A stretch of 64,000 nt of DNA, from the NCBI GenBank assembly GCA_903929475.1, contig CAIYUV010000236.1, positions 12,573-76,572 on the forward strand, read 5' to 3'. The stretch comes from an uncultured Spartobacteria bacterium (GTDB lineage Bacteria; Verrucomicrobiota; Verrucomicrobiia; Chthoniobacterales; Chthoniobacteraceae). The translations under genes and the position numbers were made by a program. Shown here piece by piece: positions 36,642 to 43,468 of the stretch. A model generated the notes under the pieces. It was given only the letters and a program-made list of their open reading frames with translations. It was not told the DNA's origin and ran no database searches. Position 1 is the first letter of the stretch. Every line of letters begins with the position of its first letter.

Positions 36642-36740
36642 GCAGCCCGCCGGGCTGCGCCGCACCAGTAGCACGATGAGGCAACACGTTTACCCAACGA
36701 AAGCCTTGAACGTCCGTAGTTCCGAGCGCACATTCCGCGC

Positions 36741-36926
36741 ATGAGCACCAAGCAAATCGTTCAAGACCTGCTCCAAAAACTCCCCGAGGATGTCTCGCTC
36801 CACGATGTCGCCCAGGAGATTGAGTTTGTGGCGGGGGTGCGGCAGGGGCTTGCCGAGATTGACCGTGGCGAGCGCATTCCGATTGAGGAAATCGAACGCG
36901 AATTGCCTTCATGGGTTATCAGGTAG
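36741..36926 (+). CDS. putative type II antitoxin
   Basis: 61 aa. Overlaps the downstream ParE/RelE-type gene by 16 nt. Acidic C-terminal half (EIDRGERIPIEEIERELP) resembles the antitoxin at 30552. Confidence 0.6.
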   Translation: MSTKQIVQDLLQKLPEDVSLHDVAQEIEFVAGVRQGLAEIDRGERIPIEEIERELPSWVIR

Positions 36927-37216
36927 CACTCTCACCTTCCGCCCGGCGCGACCTTCGCGACATCGTCCGTTACATCTCGCTGGACTCACCGGAACGCGCG
37001 CTCACCTTCGGCCAGTTCCTCGTCAGCAACACCAAGCGGCTCGCTGATTTCCCGGAGATGGGGAGAGTTGTGCCCGAGTTTGATGATCCTTTCATTCGCG
37101 AGATTGTTGTGCGGTCCTACCGGGTCATCTATCGCGTCAATCATGAGGAATGCCGTGTGGATGTTGCCCGATTCTGGCACGGCGCTCGCGGGGCTCCTGA
37201 AATCGAAGGCGTCTGA
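36911..37216 (+). CDS. type II toxin, ParE/RelE family
   Basis: 101 aa. ARRDLRDIVRYISLDSPERA, YRVIYRVNHEECRVDVARFWHGARG. Confidence 0.8.
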   Translation: MGYQVALSPSARRDLRDIVRYISLDSPERALTFGQFLVSNTKRLADFPEMGRVVPEFDDPFIREIVVRSYRVIYRVNHEECRVDVARFWHGARGAPEIEGV

Positions 37217-37355
37217 CAATTTAACGCGTTGCTGTGCGCTGGGGTTTGTGAAGGTTTTGCATGTCGGGCGTAGCACAAAACAGCCATCTGAATCACCGCC
37301 TGAGGCGTTGAAAACGGGATGGACGGAGCGGGCGGGATTTGGCAGGGTTGCGGCC

Positions 37356-37640
37356 ATGCTTTCCGCCCATTATCGCAAATTGCAGCGCGAGACCGAAGCC
37401 TACGCAAAACGGTTCACCAAACACCTCGCTGCGCTTCTGTATTCCGCGCGGGTGGAGCGGGGCTTTTCGCTGAGGGCGCTCGAGCTGGAATCGGGCGTTC
37501 CGCGCAAAACCATCCGGCGCATCGAGCTTGGGAAAATCTCCCCGAAGCTGCCAGCGCTCATCCTGCTGGCGGATGCGTTGAAGGTGTCGTGGGTGAAGTT
37601 GCTGGCACGGGCGGACAAGTTGACGGACGGCGCTGCGTAA
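37356..37640 (+). CDS. XRE-family helix-turn-helix protein
   Basis: 94 aa from the ATG at 37356. HTH core FSLRALELESGVPRKTIRRIELGKISPKLPALILLADAL. The upstream part of the track ORF (from 37068) overlaps the toxin gene in another frame. Confidence 0.7.
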   Translation: MLSAHYRKLQRETEAYAKRFTKHLAALLYSARVERGFSLRALELESGVPRKTIRRIELGKISPKLPALILLADALKVSWVKLLARADKLTDGAA

Positions 37641-37945
37641 AAAAACCGGCGGGGTCGGGGCGACGATGGTTTGGGATGAAAAACTTGTTCAAAACCATCG
37701 CTAACGGGCGGTTCATTTGCGCGGGGGATTGGGGTGTGGATGATGCGGGGTATGAAAACGCAGCCACATTCATTTAAGCCCGCCGGGGTCGGCTTCGGCG
37801 CTGAGGCGGTGGGCGGTTTTCCGGGCTTTGGGCGGGCGGGGTGGAACCACGAAGGCGCGAAGGGCACGAAGTTGCGGGACGGGTTGTGGCGGACGGATTG
37901 CGGAATGGGGGCGGACGCGGGTTTGGATGGGCTGTTTTCGGGAAA

Positions 37946-38365
37946 AGGGGTGCTCTTCTCTGTTGGTGGGGTGGCCCCACTTCTTCCGGGGGCGGCCCCG
38001 TTTGAAAAGGGGGCTCCCCCTTTTCAAAAGGTTGCGTCCAAACTTCCGGCGGGGTCGTCCAAACTCGGCGCGGGGGCGTCCACTTTGGAAAAGGGGGCGT
38101 CCCCTTCGCTTGCGGGGGCGTCCCCTTTGCTGGCGGGGTGGCCCCCTTTGGTCGCGGGGGCGTCCACTTTGCTTCGGGGGGCGTCCCCTTTGCTTGCGGG
38201 GGTGCCCCCTTTTGCTGCGGGGGCTCCCCCTTTTCTCGCGGGTGCGTCCAAACTCCGCGCGGGGTCGCTACCTTTCCGCGCGGGGGCGTCCACTTTTCTG
38301 CGGGGGGCGTCCCCTTTTGGCGCGGGGGCGTCCAAGAACGTCGCGGGGAAGCCCCCTTTTCCCGC
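37946..38365. repeat. tandem array, 20 x 21 bp, consensus GGGGGCGTCCCCTTTGCTTGC
   Basis: Units read off directly, with unit boundaries every 21 nt from 37946 to 38365 and no indel. No stop codon in any of the six frames. Confidence 0.9.
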
Positions 38366-38503
38366 AGGGACGCTGTGCTGCCTGCCGGTGTCGCCCTCCG
38401 ATTTGTCGCTGCTGCTGTTGCTGCGTCGCTCCCTTTCCTTCCCGAACGCCAAACAAACCAAAAACACAAAACAAACAGTAAAACACCACAAACACACAGA
38501 ACC

Positions 38504-39205
38504 ATGAAACGTCAAAATTACTACCCCGGTCGCATCGGGGACCAGCCGACATGGCTGCTTAAATTAGCGACTCAACTGGCCATCTACGCGCCCAACCTCT
38601 CCATCTCGCAGACGGACACGTCCGCGTGTATTGATGATGCGCGCTGGTGCGCCTACGTGCTCGGCCTCTGGCTGGCGACGGTGCGCGCCTTTTCACCCGT
38701 CTCGACGGATGCGGTGGATGCGGTGCTCACGGGCAATGGCAATTCCCCGGTAGTGCTGCCCACGTTTAACACACCCTCGCTGCCCAACGGCACGGCTCCG
38801 CGCAACCCGGGTGCGCTCACGCGCATCTTTACGATGGTGGGCCGGATCAAAAAAGACCCCGCCTACACCGAGGCGATGGGAGACGACCTCGGCATCATCG
38901 GCTCGGAGGAAGCGGCGACGCACCCGACGCCCAAATTCACCGCCGAGATGCAGCAGGGCATGGGCGTGCAGGTGGCGCGCCTCGCGTTCTTCAAATTCAC
39001 GCACGCAGGCGTGTTAATCGAAGGCCGTCGCAACGGCGGCGCATGGGAGTTCCTCGGCATAGACACCGAAAGCCCCTATCTGGACGAGCGCCCGCTGCTC
39101 ACCCCCGGCACCCCCGAAGTGCGCGAATACCGCATGCGCTTCTGGGACAAAGGCACCCCCAACGGCCTCTACACCGATGTAGCGACAGTGACGATCAGCG
39201 CATAG
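38504..39205 (+). CDS. hypothetical protein (233 aa), no recognisable family
   Basis: ATG at 38504 after an A/C-rich leader. Non-repetitive, balanced composition (MKRQNYYPGRIGDQPTWLLKLATQL...EVREYRMRFWDKGTPNGLYTDVATVTISA). Followed by a hairpin plus T-tract. Confidence 0.65.
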   Translation: MKRQNYYPGRIGDQPTWLLKLATQLAIYAPNLSISQTDTSACIDDARWCAYVLGLWLATVRAFSPVSTDAVDAVLTGNGNSPVVLPTFNTPSLPNGTAPRNPGALTRIFTMVGRIKKDPAYTEAMGDDLGIIGSEEAATHPTPKFTAEMQQGMGVQVARLAFFKFTHAGVLIEGRRNGGAWEFLGIDTESPYLDERPLLTPGTPEVREYRMRFWDKGTPNGLYTDVATVTISA

Positions 39206-39233
39206 GCGCCGGGAGGGATTTTGTTGGGTTGGC

Positions 39234-39270
39234 GGGGCGCGCTCTTCACGGGGCGCGCCCCGTTTGTTTT
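39234..39270 (+). terminator. intrinsic terminator candidate
   Basis: ggggcgcg (39234-39241) pairs with cgcgcccc (39254-39261). 12-nt loop, followed by gtttgtttt. Confidence 0.6.
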
Positions 39271-39379
39271 CGGGGAGCGGGGCCTGATTGATGACGCCTG
39301 CGTTGCCGTGGGCGGACTGATGTTTCGGTCGCCACCGCGCATCGCCGCTTCGTGCAGAATACGGGTTGCTAGCAGGTGG

Positions 39380-40336
39380 CTACGGCGCGGGCTGGGATTT
39401 TTTCAGCAGGCGGAAGAGGTCGCTGTCGGTGGAGAAGATGACGCTGGTGCCGGGGCCGAGGATTTTGCGGTAGGTTTCGAGGGTTTTGAGGAAGCCGTAG
39501 AATTCGGCGGCGGCGGGGCTTTGGTTGTAGGCTTCGGCGTAGATGCGCGAGGCCTCGGCGTCGGCTTCGCCCTGCACTTGCTGGACTTGTTTGTAGGCGG
39601 TGGACTCCACTTCGCGGAGGTCGCGATCTTTTTTACCGAGGATGCGCGCGGCCTCGCCTTCGCCTTCGCTGCGGAAGCGCTGGGCGATTTGCTGGCGCTC
39701 GCTGATCATGCGTTTGTAGATGCGGTCGAGGACTTGTGCGTTGTAGTTCACGCGCTTGATGCGCACGTCGAGCAACTCGATGCCGAGCGGTGCGATCTTT
39801 AGCGCAGCGGCTACGAGGATGTCTTTCTCGATCTCCAGCCGTCCGCGTTTGACGACGGGCAACGCGGTCGCGGCGACAGCGCCTTTTTTCTGCGGGTCTT
39901 CGGTGAGTGTGCGCCCTTTGTCGCTGCGGATGATTTCGATCAATTCGTGACTGGCCACTGCGGCGCGAACTTCACTGCCGATGATGTCTTCGAGTCGTGA
40001 TTGCGCGCTGCGTTCGTCACGCAAACCGACAAAAAAGAGTCCCGGATCGGCGATTCGCCAGCGGGCGAAAGCCTCCACCTCTACGTAGGTCTTGTCTTTC
40101 GTAGGCATTTCGTTGGCAGGGCCGTTCCATTCGAGCACGCGCTTTTCGATGCGGTTGACGGTCTGAATGAAGGGAGTTTTGAAATGCAGCCCGGCTTCCG
40201 TGGCGGGCTTTCCGACCGGGCGTCCGAACTGTGTGATGACTGCGGTTTCCGTTTCTTTCAGCGTATAAAAACTGCCTGTAAGAACGATGAAGCCTGCGAA
40301 GGCTAAAAATGCGAGGAGAGCGGCGCGTGGGTTCAT
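39380..40336 (-). CDS. hflC: protease modulator HflC (SPFH/band 7)
   Basis: 318 aa with an N-terminal TM and an SPFH domain (YTLKETETAVITQFGRPV...). ATGA overlap with the hflK stop. Confidence 0.85.
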   Translation of the reverse strand: MNPRAALLAFLAFAGFIVLTGSFYTLKETETAVITQFGRPVGKPATEAGLHFKTPFIQTVNRIEKRVLEWNGPANEMPTKDKTYVEVEAFARWRIADPGLFFVGLRDERSAQSRLEDIIGSEVRAAVASHELIEIIRSDKGRTLTEDPQKKGAVAATALPVVKRGRLEIEKDILVAAALKIAPLGIELLDVRIKRVNYNAQVLDRIYKRMISERQQIAQRFRSEGEGEAARILGKKDRDLREVESTAYKQVQQVQGEADAEASRIYAEAYNQSPAAAEFYGFLKTLETYRKILGPGTSVIFSTDSDLFRLLKKSQPAP

Positions 40337-41331
40337 TTCCGCACCTCCGTTCCTGCTTTGCTGGTGAGCGGGAGTAGCTGGGTGATTTTTTCATCCACGA
40401 TGGTTTTGTCGCGGAGCTGCGGCAGGACATCGCTCATGGTTTCCAGATATAGTCGTCGCCGCGTGACATCGGGCGCTTTGAGATACTGCACGAGCACGGC
40501 TTGGAAAGCGGATGCGTCGCCGAGTGATTCGTTCACGCGCTTCAATTTGTAGCCTTCGGCCATGCTGATTTTTTGAGCCGCCTCGCCCTGCGCGCGCGGG
40601 ACGACTTTGTTGTAGTCGCCGTTCGCCATGTTGATCATCGCCTCGCGATCCTGCTGGGCCTGGTTCACTTCGTTGAAAGATGCCTGCACCTGCTGTGGCG
40701 GGTTCACGTTTTTTAACTGCACCTGATCGATGGTGAGACCGAGTTTGTATTCCTTCACCAGCTCGCGCATGCGTTCTAGCGCTTTGATTTCGATTTCCTG
40801 ACGTCCGACGGTGATGACTTCATCCACCGTGTGATCGCCGATGACTTCGCGCATCGTGGCCTCGGAAAGATCGCGCAACGTCTGGCCGGGCTCGCGAACG
40901 TGGAAGCTGTAGAGAATCGGGTCGCCCACGTGATATTGCACGATCCACTCGACGAGCGCGGCGTTGAGGTCGCCGGTGACCATGCTTTTTTCCCGCTGCG
41001 GATCGTTGCTCGGTTGATCGATATTGGTCGCGCCGGGCGTGCCGAATCCGAATTCGAGTTTGAGCTGACGTTTAATCGGAACGCTGATCACTTCATCCAC
41101 GCCGAAGGGCAGTTTGAAATGCAGGCCCGGCTGCTCGGTGGTGGCGTATTTTCCAAAACGCAGCACGACGCCGACGGCATCGGCAGGCACGGTGTAGTAG
41201 GTGGAAAGCAGTGCCCAGGCGACAAGCACGATACCGAGGCCAAGCTTGATCCAGCGCGGGTTCACGGGCGGGATGCGAAATTCGATGGTCTGTTGCACGC
41301 CGCTGTCTAACACGCGCGCCACACACCGCAA
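40333..41331 (-). CDS. hflK: protease modulator HflK (SPFH/band 7)
   Basis: 332-aa ORF with a TM, then YTVPADAVGVVLRFGKY... and a coiled-coil region. Start uncertain: the track start is TTG, and several in-frame GTG codons follow. Confidence 0.85.
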   Translation of the reverse strand: MRCVARVLDSGVQQTIEFRIPPVNPRWIKLGLGIVLVAWALLSTYYTVPADAVGVVLRFGKYATTEQPGLHFKLPFGVDEVISVPIKRQLKLEFGFGTPGATNIDQPSNDPQREKSMVTGDLNAALVEWIVQYHVGDPILYSFHVREPGQTLRDLSEATMREVIGDHTVDEVITVGRQEIEIKALERMRELVKEYKLGLTIDQVQLKNVNPPQQVQASFNEVNQAQQDREAMINMANGDYNKVVPRAQGEAAQKISMAEGYKLKRVNESLGDASAFQAVLVQYLKAPDVTRRRLYLETMSDVLPQLRDKTIVDEKITQLLPLTSKAGTEVRK

Positions 41332-41343
41332 GCCCCTCGCTGG

Positions 41344-42300
41344 TTACAATTGCAGCGTGACGATTCGGCGGTTCTTCGTATCGGCGACAAACAGGCGCAT
41401 CCGTGAATCCGTGACGAGCCCCCAAGGTGTGGCGAATTCACCCTCCCCGGTGCCGGTCGTTCCGTAGCGAGCGAGCAGTTTTCCTTCGAGCGAAACGCGC
41501 GAGAGCCGTCCCGCGCCGTATTCGATGATGTAAAGCGCGCCGTCGCCGCCGAGCGTGATGTCGTAGGGCAGGTCGAAGGGAATCGCGCTTTTTCCATCGG
41601 CACCCGCGCCGAGGAGGCCGAGGTATTCACCGCTGTCCTTGAAGATGTGGATGCGGTTGTTCACTGCGTCGGCGACGAACACGCGCCCGTCGTGCCACAC
41701 CAGTCCGCTCGGGCGTTGGAACTGCCCCGGCCCCGTGCCCGCGCTGCCAAATTCGCGCAGCCATACACCGTCGCGCGTGAAGACCTGCACGCGGTCATGC
41801 CCACCGTATTCGCACACGTAGAGATTTTCCGCCGGGTCTTTGCACAGTCCCACGGGATAGATGAATTGTGAAGGGCCGGTGCCCTTTTCACCGCCGACCG
41901 TGTGGAGCACGTGGCCCTGCTGATCGAACCACACGAGCCGCCGGTAATGGGTGTCGCAAACGACGATGCGGTCATCTTTCAACCACACGATGCCCTCGGG
42001 TTTTCCAAATTGCACATCGAGCATCTTCCACTGCCGCAGCAGCGTGCCCTTCGCATCGTAAATGAGGATGCGCCCCGCCGTGTCCATGATTGCGAGTTCG
42101 TCGTGCGGCCCGGTCGTGAGGCTGCGCGGCGTGGGCTGCACCGCGCCATCGGTCGGGAGCATGAAGGAACTCCACGCCTTCACTTCGATTTTCGCCGGAG
42201 CGCCGTTGGGTTTGCAGCCGGTGAAAGCGAGCATCAACAGCGCGAACGCGAGCAGGTGTGTGATGGAGCGGTTCATGTTTTGTCGGATGGGGCGGCTCAT
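41344..42300 (-). CDS. NHL-repeat beta-propeller lipoprotein
   Basis: Leader ...LLAFALLMLAFTGC from the ATG at 42300. Repeated NHL units (GQFQRPSGLVWHDGRVFVADAVNNRIHIF, GEFATPWGLVTDSRMRLFVADTKNRRIVTL). The track ORF's upstream extension is REP-derived. Confidence 0.8.
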   Translation of the reverse strand: MSRPIRQNMNRSITHLLAFALLMLAFTGCKPNGAPAKIEVKAWSSFMLPTDGAVQPTPRSLTTGPHDELAIMDTAGRILIYDAKGTLLRQWKMLDVQFGKPEGIVWLKDDRIVVCDTHYRRLVWFDQQGHVLHTVGGEKGTGPSQFIYPVGLCKDPAENLYVCEYGGHDRVQVFTRDGVWLREFGSAGTGPGQFQRPSGLVWHDGRVFVADAVNNRIHIFKDSGEYLGLLGAGADGKSAIPFDLPYDITLGGDGALYIIEYGAGRLSRVSLEGKLLARYGTTGTGEGEFATPWGLVTDSRMRLFVADTKNRRIVTLQL

Positions 42301-42318
42301 GTTGTTGCTGCGATTGAG

Positions 42319-42527
42319 GGCCAATGGCCCGAATTCATACCAGCCTTGGGCAACGCCCAAGGTATGCTTGCCACCACGAACAAAGGGCTGAAAGCCCGGC
42401 CCCATTTTCGTAAATCAATTGAATGCATGGATCGGGCTTTCAGCCCTCTTGGCGTCTTTGCTTTGAAACCTAGGCCGACGCTCGTTCCTCGCTCTGACCT
42501 AGGCTGGCATAGGCAGGGCCTTTGGCC
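42319..42527. repeat. REP doublet of the copy-1 family without a transposase gene
   Basis: Left half is 42319-42397 (ggccaatggcc, ccttgggcaacgcccaagg, gggctgaaagccc). Right half is 42434-42527 (gggctttcagccc, cctagg-N23-cctagg, ggcctttggcc). Same order and orientation as the two REPs flanking RAYT copy 1, but only 36 bp apart. Confidence 0.8.
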
Positions 42528-42547
42528 CACGGGTGCAGCTTTTGTTT

Positions 42548-43468
42548 TCATGACGTTGCGAAAAGCTTCACGGTGATTTTTACCTTCGTATCCACAGCCA
42601 ACGCCTGCTCCGGGCGATGGAGAAAAGTGCGGATCGCACCGTCGGCACTGCGCAATTCCGTCTCCGCAAATGCGCCACAGAAACGCGAAGCAACCACGGT
42701 GAGCGGACCAGCCGGCGAAATCACCAAACGCTCCGGCCTCACGCAGCGCCCACTTGCCCACGATTCGCCGAGCCACGCACGCGAATCGTCGGGCGTGAGC
42801 CAGTTCGCCGGGCCGAGACAGCGTGTGAGTTTTTCGTCAGGCGGCTCGTTGTAAAGTTGCGAGATGGAGCCTTGGAAAACTGGCGAGCCTGCGTGGAGAC
42901 AGATGGCGTGTTCGGCTTCCGCAAGTGCAGTCTCAGGCTGATGCGTGGCAAAAACCAGCGACGCGCCGGTGCTGGCGATGTGTTCGCGGATGACGCGCCA
43001 GTATTTGCCGACGCGCGCCGAATCCACATGCGCGAGCGGTTCATCCATCACGAGGACGGGTGCATTTTGCGCAAGCGCACGGGCGACGGACAGCCGCGCG
43101 CCTTCGCCGAGACTGAGATCGCCAGCGCGGGAAGTGCCGACTTCCGCGAGATCGAAGGCCGCGAGCAATTGCTCCGCTTTCGTCGTGCTCGCGCCAACAA
43201 GTGTGAGGTGTTCGCGCGCGGTGTGTGCGGGCCACAGACCGTGATCCTGCGGCACCCACGCGAGCGACAACGGCCCGTGCGATTCACCCGACATCGCGCG
43301 CTTGAAACCAACGAGCACTTCAATCAGTGACGTTTTCCCGGCGCCAGACGGGCCGAGGATTGCCGTGCGTCCGCGCGGGATGTCGAGCGTGACGGGCGCG
43401 ACGGGCCAGTCCACGACGCCGGAGAAATAGCGGACGTTTGAAAGTTTCCAGAGAGGTTCAGTGGGCAC
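42548..43468 (-). CDS. ABC transporter ATP-binding protein (Fe3+/polyamine-importer type)
   Basis: Walker A GPSGAGKTS, signature LSLGEGARL, Walker B VLVMDEPLAHVD, and a C-terminal regulatory domain. Confidence 0.85.
   Translation of the reverse strand: MPTEPLWKLSNVRYFSGVVDWPVAPVTLDIPRGRTAILGPSGAGKTSLIEVLVGFKRAMSGESHGPLSLAWVPQDHGLWPAHTAREHLTLVGASTTKAEQLLAAFDLAEVGTSRAGDLSLGEGARLSVARALAQNAPVLVMDEPLAHVDSARVGKYWRVIREHIASTGASLVFATHQPETALAEAEHAICLHAGSPVFQGSISQLYNEPPDEKLTRCLGPANWLTPDDSRAWLGESWASGRCVRPERLVISPAGPLTVVASRFCGAFAETELRSADGAIRTFLHRPEQALAVDTKVKITVKLFATS

Noticed and set aside
37946-38365. CRISPR array
   Set aside because: The repeats are directly abutting, with no spacers. The units are only 21 nt and degenerate. 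No cas genes are in the window.
37734-38515. Four long ORFs across the 21-bp array: 37734..38507 (+), 37828..38481 (+), 37774..38505 (-) and 38024..38515 (-). One has a TM-like N-terminus and Pro-rich heptads, and one ends in an ATGA overlap with the next gene.
   Set aside because: All six frames are open simply because the repeat unit has no stop in any frame. Unit conservation is not 3-periodic. The TM-like start is the complement of the CA-only leader. The flanking parts are Gly/Arg/Pro low complexity. They are kept as an alternative hypothesis in the findings, not called as CDS.
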